Positions 12,161-24,039 of a DNA stretch of 64,000 bases are shown here, one piece after another. The notes beneath the pieces are model-generated. The model saw nothing but the letters and a program-made list of their open reading frames with translations. It made no database searches and was not told the DNA's origin. The DNA comes from Phyllosticta citribraziliensis (Eukaryota): the NCBI RefSeq assembly GCF_038025025.1, contig NW_027117343.1, positions 1,674,001 through 1,738,000 of the forward strand, written 5' to 3'. The position numbers and the translations under genes are program-made. The stretch's first letter is position 1. Every line of letters begins with the position of its first letter.

Positions 12161-13260
12161 GACTTTTCGTTCGGGTCTTGACGACCAGAGCTGCAAACGA
12201 CCAAGACCAAAAGTGCTGCATGGTGAGGCTGGTTCCGAGCCAGGATGGCAGGGAGACGGCGTAGACGTCAGTGGTGTCGACGGCTCTCCTCACGTTTTCG
12301 TTCACGATGTTCCAGCTGCCCATGCATGCAAGTTTGAGGTTGCTGGCAAGGCACCCGGCATCAGACGAGCAGTCGCGGGGCCAAAACGAGCGTTTGAAAA
12401 AGAAAATGTCTCATTGTGGTAAGCTTCCAGGTCAGCAGAGCTGCCTCCTGGGGAGTTCAAAATCAACTCGCAGACGGCAGCAGGACAGGTGTGCATGATC
12501 TTCTGATTTTTCCCATGGAAGATCAAGTAACAGCGCCAAAAGAAGTAATCATCAGTCAAGCTCGGCATGGCTGGAGTCCGCAGATCATGGCAACCACCAT
12601 GTGGGTTGTCACAGGGAGCATACAGGGGATTGCGGGGAACCGTGTCGCATTTCTGACATCGCAGTTAGCCACTGTAGCTTACAGTAGGACTCAAAATAGC
12701 TGAAATGAGCGCGAGCAACCACCATTACCTAGCTCCAGGCACAAGCACGCGAAAAGTGTTGTTGGATGGCTGTTGTCTGGACAAGCTACGGGACGGCGAG
12801 GTTGGGCAGATGACGGCGTTCGGAGCCAGCGGACAGTTTCTGAGGAGACGAATGGCTCGGACAAAAGAAAAGAAGCCGCTGAATCAGAGATGCGAGAGCA
12901 GATGTTCGTTGTGCATGATGGGTGGATGTCGAGGTAACGGCGGGGCCAATCAAAGGGCCGCATCGCGCTAGACTGCTGACTAACACGCGTGGCGTGGATA
13001 GCTTGCTGCTCCAACCCTCAGCCAACTTGAACTCCACACATGCCCGCTGACCGCAGCAATTGCACAGTCCCGCCGTGCTCTTCTTTCAGCCTCTCTTTGC
13101 GACCCCGAGCCATTGATCCCCCGCCCTCTCGGCCACTGTCGTCAGATCCCTCTGCCCGTACCCCGCAGGTTCTCAGGCCACGGGCACAAGCCGCGCGACC
13201 TGCATTGGAGCGCTTCCTCCCGATCCTCGCATACAGCCAGTCTCAGTCCGTCCTCCAGCC

Positions 13261-13827
13261 ATGCTGAGCTCCTCGCCAGCAGAGCCGCCGCAGCCAATTC
13301 CCCAAGACCAGCCACAAACACCCGACTTGACGTCCACCCTCACCAATGCCTTTGCGACGCGCCGATCACTCCGCCAGCTGGGCCTCTTTTGCGCAGGCGC
13401 AACTTTCATGACCGTCACTCAGCTCGTCACACGTCGCGCCCGCGTCCGCCGATACATTGCTTGCAAACCCAAGTTCTACCAGCCAAACACACAAACTTAC
13501 GCCCAAGCCAATGGCGCCATTGAGGCTTTTGAAGCCCTGAATCTGGCCACATTGAGCGTTGTCAGCGTTGCCATGATGTATACCGGCGGAGCCATGTGGG
13601 CCATGGACGTCAGCAGCGTCGAGGACTTGAGGGCCAAGGTGCGAAACCGCGTCGGGACCGGAGATACCCAGCAGTCGGACGAGGAGATTGAAGAGTGGAT
13701 CGCCAGTATACTCGCACGCAAAGAGATGAAGGAAGCTGTCAAGACGGCCACGGGTATGGACGTGGCCACTCTGCTGGAGAAGGCAAAGGCCGCAGAGGGC
13801 GAGGAGCACAACGACGCCAAGAGGTAG
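13261..13827 (+). CDS. AIM11: Altered inheritance of mitochondria protein 11-like, 188 aa
   Basis: RSLRQLGLFCAGATF..TRRA..RR and NGAIEAFEALNLATLSVVSVAMMYTGGAMWAMDVSSVEDLR match the two-TM Aim11 family as recalled. Start codon not verified. Confidence 0.8.
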   Translation: MLSSSPAEPPQPIPQDQPQTPDLTSTLTNAFATRRSLRQLGLFCAGATFMTVTQLVTRRARVRRYIACKPKFYQPNTQTYAQANGAIEAFEALNLATLSVVSVAMMYTGGAMWAMDVSSVEDLRAKVRNRVGTGDTQQSDEEIEEWIASILARKEMKEAVKTATGMDVATLLEKAKAAEGEEHNDAKR

Positions 13828-14572
13828 CCGGTCCACATGCTGGACAACGTGGTGAAGCCTTGACAGAGCGTGGATGGACACATGGTCGTGTAGGCTGAAC
13901 AGGCCGAATCACGCGATGATGACCTCACCCATCAAAAGACGATACCCCAAGCCCAGTGCTGCAAGCGGCACAATAACAGACGACATCGGACTTGAGGCGA
14001 CCAAAATTCGACACTCTCGTGGGGGTCGATTCGCGAATGGCAGACCAAGAGGTCGGGAGCCACAGCAGACAGCCACCTTGGTGGTACCTGAAGTGCCTAC
14101 GGGAGCGGCGCGGGCTGCGCATCTCCTCACAGAAGCAGGCAAGAATAGAATTTGCTAGCGCATAACCGCCGTACCGCGTTGAACAAGATAATTTGTGCAC
14201 TCTGCAGTTGCTTACATTGCCGACGAGCCGCCTGCTGCACGTCAGCCATTGGCTTCTTCCCCTGGTCTGTCAAATGCTCCGCATCATGATCTCTACGAAG
14301 CAGCAGCAGCAAGGCCCCCAAGACTGAAACGGGATGGACTGCTGATGGCGCTGTCGGAAGCATGCAGAGGGAGAGATTTTATTTCTCTCCAGGCCAATGC
14401 AGCCTCCTGCGTCGATGGAGACGTCTTGGCGCAGTCGAAGTGGCAGACAGCGCATGGCATGGCCGGCTCACCTCATGGCTCAGAAATCAGCCGAGTGCAA
14501 ACAATGGCATTGTCGAATGCCGACAAAAATTTGCATCTGCATTCCCGAACCTCAACGTCGCGCCCTTTTTTC

Positions 14573-15520
14573 TCAATGATTGTCGTCGTCGTTCTTGTCT
14601 GGCACCCACACTCCCTGCAGTCCATCCCTATTTGCCTTCCACATGCCTCCCTCTTCGCCAACAAATCTCTCCAGCTTCCACACCTCGACCTTTTCTTTGC
14701 ACACCTCGAGCGCCTCTTCGCCGGCCCGCCACGCTGCCTGACGGTGCGGGCTCGAGACGGCGATGAGGATCGACTCTTCTCCGATGGGCACAGGGCCGAG
14801 ACGGTGGGTCATGCTGATGGCGGTCAAGTCGTGTTTCTTTACGAGATCAGAAGCAAGAGAGTAGAGGGTGCGCAGGGCGAGAGGGACGTATGCAGTGTAG
14901 GTGAGAGAGGCGACGGCCTTGTTGGCAAAGTTATCGCGAGTGGTGCCTTTGGATGGTGGTTAGACGTGGGCTGTTGACATGGTATAGTGGGGAAGAAGAC
15001 GCAGGAGGCGTTGAATCAGGAATAGTGAGAAATTGATTGTTTTTTGGGCCAACATTCGAGAGTGACAGGTATCTATCGTCAGGGTCTCTCGATTTGAGAT
15101 GCCGATTTGGCTTTGCTTTGCCCAAAAAGACTGCCAGCGGCCAGCCGGCCCGGGTCTGTCGCGCAGGAATCGGACTCGATCGAGGCAAAGATGGGTTCGA
15201 GAAGGAACACGGGGTTGGATGACAAACGAAACCCCTTTTGGGCGGCGGGCATCGGGAGGGCAGAAAAAGAAAGGTGGCAGACGAAGCGGTCTGGACGAGA
15301 GTGGAGCGCGACGACGGGGGGAACGGCGGAAGAGGACGAAAATGAGGAAAAAGAAAAAGAACGACGGAAAAAAATATTTCGTACCGGCAAACAGGACGAC
15401 GGCGCCGGCCTTGGGGCTCTTGACTCTGTTCATGGCCGAGACAGCGTCCAAAGGGTCGTAGGTCAACTCGACGTGGACGACGTCGTCTTCCCGCACCATG
15501 TCGCCGGAAGGGTTGGCCAT
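14573..15520 (-). CDS. cnxH: Molybdopterin synthase catalytic subunit (MoaE/MOCS2B), 169 aa; exons 15520-15385, 14946-14573
   Basis: Exon 1 VELTYDPLD..VKSPKAGAVVLFA is joined through a 438-nt intron (GTACGA..CTAAC..AAG) to GTTRDNF..LTYTAYVPLA..HRLGPVPIGEESILIAVSSPHRQAAW..KEKVEVWKLE. These are hallmark MoaE motifs. Confidence 0.93.
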
Positions 15521-17361
15521 GGTCGTGTCAGCGGCAACCTGCGTTTGTACGCGGTCAAGCTGCACCGACAACCAGGCCAAAGAATGTTGATACGAGGGTC
15601 TGAGACAGAGAGAGGGAGAGTTGGAAGACGAAGACGACGCAGCGCGACGGATTCGGGCGAGCTGACGCGGGGCTGAGGCTCGGCTTGGCCTCTTTGGGCC
15701 GACGACTGGACAACTCTCACTCTCGCTCTGAACACCACCTACTACCCATCCTCGACTCGACAGAGATCCTGCCGGGTTCCGCCGTCGTCTCCTGGAATGA
15801 AGCGTCGACAACGTTGTTGTTTTGTTTCTGCTGCCACCTCATCAAAGTGGAGTCGTGATTGCAGGAATCCCGCGTCTCATGGACTGGACCGACCGCGGAC
15901 GCAATGGCGACGACAACCCCGGACACGAACTCAACTTCCCCGGTCGGCGGTCTTGATGGCGAGAGAGCGTGCAGCGGGAGAGAGCCGCCCGACGGGCCTG
16001 CGCAGGTTGAATCAGTCTGGCCTGGATTCTTTGATCGCGCTCCCCCAACCCTCTGCCAGGGTGGCCCGATCGTAGCGGGGCTGGCGCGTACCTATATGTG
16101 GACCCTGGCAGAAAACCTCCTCCCCCAATTCAATTTCTATCACATTTGCGACTCTCGATTGCGAGGCGTCGCATACATGATGCGAGATCCCTTGGAGCAT
16201 GACGCCCGCCATGGTCTTCAGATCTGATTCACCGTCTCAGACGTCAGCGTCGACGGCATCGTGACCTGCTCGTTGCGGACGACCTGACGCCTTCGAGCAA
16301 GAATGGAAGAGTGGCAGGAATCTGCAAGGCCGTGGCTTTGCTCGCACGTCATGGCAGCGTCCCTTCTGGTCGCTCTTTGCGTGCGGGCTGAACGAGTTGA
16401 TTCAAATCATGACATGGTCGTCGTACATGTGGTAACCACCATCCAGGTCACTCGAGACGTCAACCCCATGCTCGAGTATCAACTGAACACATGGGATCTC
16501 GACCGCCGACAGCTTGTTTGCTTCATACTGCCAGTCAGCCGATTGCCGCGAGATCTACGCGCGGGTCCGGGACGCAAGCAAGGAATCCTTGTTCCCTGCT
16601 TCGTCGCGATGGATAGTCCAACGGGTCCAACGGTCGAGAAAAAACCCTTTCGCTGTCGAGGCATGAGGTATACCAGCGGCCCATGGACGTATGCTTTCTG
16701 GAAATGTCTCGGACGTTGTTGGAGTCGTCTGTCTCATTCCTCGTAGTTGTGCGACGTCGTTTGCTCAATCGCTCCTTGGGTGCAGGGCCCGCACCACATC
16801 TCTTCTGGAGTCGAATCTTGCTTCCCCGATGCACGATGCTAGAGATCCGCCGTTGAGCTTTGGCCATCAAAAGTTTCTACCAGTATTGCTTTCTCGCAGC
16901 GCGGGCCACCCATCCGCTCTGCGATGCATCATTTGAGCTTCTTGCCCACGCAAGGAACGCACCAGCCAATACGCCGTCCCCTTGCTTTGATCGCCACACG
17001 CCTGAGAGATGGTCCAGTACACAGCGTCAAAATTACGCGCTCCCTCGATCGTCTGATTGGTCTCGACCGGCGGGCCATGCCGCTCGGACTGGACAAGGGC
17101 CAAGTAACGTGTGGTGGATTTGCCTGATTTTCGACCGGGCCAGAGTCCAGGGCGTAGGGTCAGGTAACGCGGGCAGTGACGCTCAACATTGAGCCACAAG
17201 GACGACCGAGTAAACAAGTGGGTCTCTTGGCCCCCTTGACTGGCTGCTCGCCGTCCGCATATATGATCCAGCAGCCTATCGTGCCTTGTTTCGACACCAA
17301 CCAACCGCTTCCGTTCCTCACCACCACTTCACAGCCACCGGTTACCTCTCTCTATACCAAC

Positions 17362-18441
17362 ATGGACTCTCACTCAACAAGAAGACGCACCCAGAGGTGC
17401 ACAACTCCAGAGTCGGACCGCTTCACATCTCCCGCATTACCACTCTCGCCTACCAGCACTGCCGAGTACTGGGACCACGCCCTCGAGAAGCATTTGAAGG
17501 AGCGCAGGACAAGACGGGCAAGCAAGTCGAGCCGTCACTCCCGTCACAACCGCGCCGCCTTGGACATGATATCCAGCCAAGGAGAGGACGAGTTTCCCGT
17601 GCCCAAGCAAGACAGCTCCTCCCAGAGCTCATTCGACTTTGGATTTCCTGAGCGGGATCGCGCCGACTCGGCGCACGAGACTGAAGGCGTCGTCGAGTCC
17701 CTCAAGTGCCCCCAGGAGGTTCGGAGACAGACGAGCTCCCAAACTCTTCACGTATTCCCTCCTACCAACAAACGCGCCTCTGGCCGTCGGCGGGAAGGAC
17801 AAACCCTCGCATCTCCGGCACCTCTGAGTCCTACGCGCCCCAAGACTTCTTCCTCTCAACGGCGCAAGTGCCCTCCTCGCCCGCCGCGCCCCGACGAGAT
17901 CCTCTTCATTCCCAGCCTCTGCCAGGCTGCTCAATCCAGCGCCACCCGCAGCAACCGCTCATCGGCATCGCGTCGCCGGTGCACCGAGAGCATTCCGGAA
18001 AACGCCATTGCCGAGGCCCATGACATTACTCCTCCCCGCTCTTCCCACTCTACCCCGTCCTTTACCGTCTCGGCGGCCCCCAAGTCCCCTTCGGAGTTCT
18101 CGCCTCCCATGACGCCCGTGCACAACGCCTCGTTTGCTCTGCACCAGACCGTCTCGGTGTGGGACTCGGACGACTCGGACGACGAAGAGGACGCCGGTCT
18201 GCTGCACTATGTCCGCCGGACTCTTCACGCCAGCAAGAGCAGCATGTCTGGTCGCACATCATCGGATCGCGAGAAGCGGGAAAAGTCGAGGGAGCGCGCT
18301 GCCAGTGAGCGGTCGAAGAGTTCCTCTGACGAAGACCAAGACGTCAAGCTGAGCAGCAGGAGGAGGAGAAGGCGCAGCACGATGCGTGAGGCGGTGATTC
18401 GAGTGTTTGGATGCGGCAAGACGCCGGAACAAAGTCCATGA
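17362..18441 (+). CDS. Ser/Arg/Pro-rich, probably disordered hypothetical protein, ~359 aa
   Basis: Long ORF with a CAACATG start context. Short motif-like islands: PPRPPRP, SVWDSDDSDDE and C-terminal REAVIRVFGCG. No recognised domain. Confidence 0.7.
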   Translation: MDSHSTRRRTQRCTTPESDRFTSPALPLSPTSTAEYWDHALEKHLKERRTRRASKSSRHSRHNRAALDMISSQGEDEFPVPKQDSSSQSSFDFGFPERDRADSAHETEGVVESLKCPQEVRRQTSSQTLHVFPPTNKRASGRRREGQTLASPAPLSPTRPKTSSSQRRKCPPRPPRPDEILFIPSLCQAAQSSATRSNRSSASRRRCTESIPENAIAEAHDITPPRSSHSTPSFTVSAAPKSPSEFSPPMTPVHNASFALHQTVSVWDSDDSDDEEDAGLLHYVRRTLHASKSSMSGRTSSDREKREKSRERAASERSKSSSDEDQDVKLSSRRRRRRSTMREAVIRVFGCGKTPEQSP

Positions 18442-21400
18442 GTTTGTCGTTTCGTTTATGGCGCATGATAATGTTTGGATGGCATGGGACATGATTTGGC
18501 TTTGCATAGTTCGCTTCTACTAGATATCCTCTTTGCTGTTTGTATATAGCCCAACTGTTGTGTGTTTGGTTTCTGCTTGGCGGCTCTGTTTGCTTGTTCA
18601 CTGTCGATTGAGTGTTGCTTTGATTCCTTTCCGTCTGTTTGCTGTCTATCACCTCGCGCGCGTCTTTCGGTTCTTACGGCCTTGTTGCACTTCCCTTTTG
18701 GTGTTTGGACGACGAAAAAAAGACGGCTCTAGGTCTGACGGCGCTCGGCATCCCACGATTTCTTTTGCACGATAACGGATTACGGCTACGGTTACGGTCA
18801 TGGTCACGGAGAAACGAAAAACGGCTGGACGGACGGGACGCGTGGACGAACGAAACCCAAAAGCATTGCTTGCTATCATCACGGCTGATTTCGCTTTTTT
18901 CTTTTTTTCTGCAGCCTTCGCCCTTTGCGGAGGAAGAGACTCTGGAGTTGGTCGCACATAGACGGCGGAAAGAAAAAAGACGACGCATTTCGGTGTTTAT
19001 TGATGACCTCTGGCACGAATCTATCCATCTGCATGGACGCTTTTGTCTTCTTGCGCGCGCTTGTTGTGAAATTTTGCCGTCCGTCTTATTTTTCCGTCTG
19101 CTCTCCCGTCCTCAACGCCAGCGTCGCATGATGGCATTGACGCAATCGAATTTTTCTCCCTCCACCTGGTCCGGTGGACGGTCGATATTGACTCTCCACT
19201 TACAAGCCCAATTCCAAATCCAGGGTCCACACTCGACTTGGCCGGTCAGCAGGCGCAGTCCACACGACACCCGTCCAGTCTCCACAACCAGCTAACTTTT
19301 CAAACAGACGACAGACGATAGACGACAGACGCCGAGCCCCGACGTGTTCTTTTTTCTTTTCGCTCTCTTCCCTCCAGCACCACACGTCTCAGACCCTTGG
19401 ACGCCGGACGAGACGACCACCCCTGCTCCCGCCGCCCAGGCAGGGCACGGGGCAGGGGGTGGATGGGAGGATCGGCACGCCCGTCCGCGGAACGGCGGCT
19501 GGCGAGCAGCGGTGTGGGCGAGAGCCAGGGGTTCCTCCGCGGTCGTCGTCGCCAATGTGATATGATGTGCTGCATCCCAGTCGGCGGCTCAGCGGGCGGG
19601 CGTCGCCTGTCTCCGTGGCTTGACGGCTCAACCGCAAAAACGGTCGGCGGAACGAACGCGCCGCCTCTCTTCCCGGCGGTCGATCAGCTTTGCTCGTTGG
19701 ATTTGCGACGTCTTTTGCGATTGGGACGGCCGGCTGATCGATCGCTGGTGTCCTTGGGTCGGCTGGCTGGCTCGCGCCTCGCCCATCTCATCTCATCGCA
19801 TCTCACCGCACCGTCGGCTCGTCTCCCAGCCCCCTTGTCGCCCTGGCTCTCTCGATTGGCGACGGGCGGCATGGCAGCCCGTCTGCCCGCTTGCCAGGCT
19901 GCTGGCTTTCCTGGCATGTTCCATCATCGCGCGTGCATCCTGTGTAACCCGCGGCTCAGGTTCTGGAGTCTGGACTTGACGAGAGAATTACCAGGGAGGC
20001 GCAGGCGGGCCGGGTTTGAGATAGACCAAGCTCAGCGTCCGTTTCATCCTGCCGACCACTGACAGCGAATGCTGCGCTCTGTGGATGCGTGGTTGCTGTT
20101 GAGGCTGCATCTCGCATCCCGCATCTTGCGTTCGCCGCGCAGGTCTGAGACCAGGCCGTTGTTGCTGTTGACAATTCGATCCACCAATGATGGCAGGTCA
20201 TTCCATCGCACATACACCTGCCTGCATCTACCGGCATATTTGTGCTATGTTTGGCACATCCCTACAACGCTCCAACGCTCGACACTCGCACTGGCCTACC
20301 AAACCATGATGGTGAGATGGTGGTGAGCTGTATCGACGGCAATGCAAGAGCCGACCGCCTCGACGCCACACGCAGATGCAGCCATCTCCAATCTCCATTT
20401 GACCACCTCCTGGCCTCAACACGCCTACATACTCGACCGCTCCAGCCATCTCTCATCTCTGCCAACATGCCTCGTCCGTTTCACCTTTCAACTGTCCAGC
20501 AGGGGCAGGTGCAGCCGCTGGTTGCACACGGCTGAAGCGCAACATGGCAACGGCCTCGTTTTCCGTGGCGCGGCCACCTCACGTTGCTGTCGCTGGCGGA
20601 GTTGTTTGTTTGGGAGCGTATGGCCACCGCACCACCATCTCATCATCACCATTGTCGCTTCTGCGTTTTCCGTATGCTGGCTCATCGGCAGAATCAGAAA
20701 GCCAACACCGTCTAGCGGTGAGCAGCATTCTTTCCACAGGGTCAAGCAAATGTCAACTCGAAAAAATCCACACCACCACACAAACCAACCCCGTGAAGAC
20801 GCAATTCCTGAAGTTGATTAAGCAGCCCTTGGACACCACGATCCATCCAAAGCGCGTCGATCCAACTGGCCACGGAACCGTTTCTCAGAGTCCACACCGC
20901 CACGCGATGGCATGTGCGCTGCGTGGTTGGTGTGGAGATATCGCCAGCAGTGGAGACGGCAGCGGGGCGGCAACGGGGGTGCGAGCAGCCGCCAGCCAGG
21001 AGGAAGAGCCCTGAGCCTCTCACCAGCCGTAGCTCTCTCATCATCAGCCCACACAACGACTCGATGGAGCAACTCACAGGAAGCACGGGCTTCGGGTCCC
21101 GCAGAGGATGCGCAGCAAGCCACAGCTTGTCCTGATCGCTTTTATTGGAATTGTTCTTTTTTATTGTCTTGTTGTCGTCTGCTTGTTCTTGCCCTTTCTC
21201 TCTTTCTCTTTTTTGTTTTTTTGGCGTCTGCGCGCCTTTTGTCCTCGTACATGCAGGACTTTTCATTTTCTCTCTCACTGGCCTACACCGCTGTTTTTAT
21301 TTTTTTATTTTCGATCACTGACAGCCTGCTTACCCCGCTTCCCCTGAACGCAGCAGACACGAAAGAAAATGGAAAAATATGAAAAAGAAAAAAGATGATG

Positions 21401-24039
21401 GAGACAGCGCCAGCCAGGGGAGCCAAAAGTGCGTGTGGGCGATCGTCGAGCAGTGGTGACGCAACAGCGGCGGGCTCGTGTGGAGGTGGGGTCCCAGAGC
21501 CAGGGAGAAAGCTTGGAACGAGGAGTGAGGAGGTCCTCGCCCATTGGAAAAGGCGCGGCGACGGGAGAATCGCCCTCGGAGCTTGACATGGGCGGAATCT
21601 TGCGAGGTCGAGATCTAGAGTCCGATCGAATTGCATGACGTCCTAAGCCATTGGCAAACATTCCTCGAACCAAGTGCAGGACAAGACGCGCGAACCATCG
21701 ACGACGATGGGAGAGGTGATGCAGTTGAGCTTTCTCCTATTCCCCCTCTTCTCTGTGTATCTCCTGCTCTTCCCTTCACTCGCTCACTGACCTGCCTGCA
21801 GCTCTTAGTTCGAGACCCCCACGCTCACGCCCTGCTGTATCGTCGCGATCAACCCACCTTCCGGCGCTTTTCAAAATGGCAGGAACATGAACTTGGCGCC
21901 CTCGCTCAAGTGCCACGGCGCCTCGGCACGGGCAGTGAAGCAGCAAAGTAGGTGTTCAGTACGACCACCAAGAGTCGAGCCCTTTGATCGAGCTTCCCTG
22001 CCACTGCACTGCCCATTGATGGCGGAAAACCGGCTTGCCGATCTCGCCGCAGCGTTTGGCGTTGTATCCCACGTTGTCCTCTACGCACACGGCTCTGCTC
22101 CATGCGAATTAAAGCGGTTTGCTTCCACGGCTTCTGCTGCTGCTGCTGTTGCTCCACGACCGAAGGGAATAAAAGCAACAATCGCGCCATCCCCAGCGTC
22201 GAGATGCAGCGGGCGGGGCGGAGTGGACACCCCGAAGCAAGGAGACGCCGGAGGGAGGGAGGAGCAGGTGCCTGCTTGTCTACCCGCCCGCCTAGGCTTC
22301 TGAGATGGGGTGGGACCGTATTGGCGACATGCGCTTCGCATCATGTGGTCTTCGTGCTTCTGGTGTTCTGTTTGCTGTGCTGGAAATGGCCAGAATTGGA
22401 AGGCGACGAGCTCCGGACCAACAACAGAATGCCGTCGAATCGACCAGGCGGGAGTTCCAGTTGAGGACGATGTCAAGGGTTTCCTGCTGTCGCCGTTCGC
22501 GGAGGTGGGGAGGTCAGTAAGTTGGGGTGCTGTCCCGAACAAGGAACGGCGAAACGCTTGGTGGTTGGCAGCCATTACGAAGGTAGGAGCGCTGATGGTG
22601 TTGATGTTGCCGTCGGCTACGGTCCCCCGCGATGTTGCGTCGCATTCCTCAGCTCGCAGCGCGGCGCCTCGCGTGGAAGTGAGACATGTTCGCGTGCCTA
22701 CATTAGCGGGCTTCCCGTCGTGCCGTCGTCAGGCAAGCTGGCTAGATGCTTTTTGGGCGTGGGAGAAGCACGGCGTGCGCAGGGCAAAACGATGATTGAT
22801 GTAAGGAAGGCTGGCGGGCGTTGTCCTTTGCTTTTGAGAGCCGCGAGCGAGCGAGAGGTTGGTTGCCTTGACGTGGTGGCACAATGGCCGTTGAGCTTGA
22901 CAGGGGACGATACTTTTGCCGCCGCCGTGCCCGTGTCTGTGTCGCAGTGAGTGAAAATCTTCCTTACCACATTGCTTAATTGACTGCTGGTGAACCTGCT
23001 GTACCGAAGCAGTGAAAATCTCTGCAAAGAATGAGGCCGGACTCGACGGACGGATTGATGCAACGACGTCTCACAGCCGGCCAGCAAACCAACCAACCAA
23101 CCACCCGTCGGTCTTCATACATGTGCATCGCATCGGATCCTTCCGCCCCTCCATCCCACCATAACACCCTTCGTCGACGAGCGAGCGGGAAGAAAAGCTT
23201 GCTCCGTTCCTGCATAGCCGGACCACAGCAGACACAACTAGCAGCAGCACCTCAACAGCACGCTACTGCATCACGCGCCGCCGTACACAAAAAGTGCCGT
23301 AGCCCCCTTTGTCGCTCCTTTGGACCTTACATAAATGCCCGCGCAGCATGTGCAGCACTGGTGTACTGCGGCTTCGCAGTATGCGCACTCACTGCATGCG
23401 CTGCTCTGTCGCACCAATGGCAGACTTCCAGTGTGACAGACAGACAGTCCTTGAAGAAAAACGCCGCTGATGCTTGCAAAAGATGCGAGGGAGAGACAGA
23501 ATCGCTGCTGATGCGCTTTTTCCGATGACGGCGCTCAAATATGCTAGACGACACGAGGGAATGGCGTTTTTTTGCAGCTGTTGATAGCAACGAAGTGTTT
23601 GACTTGTGAGCCGAATCTATCCTCCACGACGAGGAGCCGCGCACAGTGCAGCATGGCTGAATTTTGAGAACTTGAAAGCCAGCACCGTCGCGGCGCGCGT
23701 GACCAAAGCCTCAAAGCTCAAGTAATGATATACCAGAAAAAGTATCCGTTGATGGTATAAAGCTCCAAACGAGCGGTTCCCTGCTGAAATTGCCCTGTCC
23801 GTACAGAACTGTCTGGCCAAAGGATTTGACACTGGCCACAATGACTGAAGTTCTTCACCACGGGAATGAAGTGATGCGGTATGTGCAGGAGAGGGATTCA
23901 TGTTTCTATGTCAAATAATGGGCCCCAAGCCGATGTTTGCCACGCAGAGCCCCGGTGGCTACATAAGCGCCACAAGGGAGAGCCTCGGGATATAAAGCGA
24001 CAACTGTCGAGTAGAGCACCTTTCGCATCCTGTTCTCTC

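Noticed and set aside
14960..15811. 283-aa ORF as an independent gene or a bicistronic MOCS2A partner
   Set aside because: It is the cnxH exon 1 frame extended into upstream sequence and intron; there is no ubiquitin-like C-terminal GG motif of MoaD/MOCS2A.
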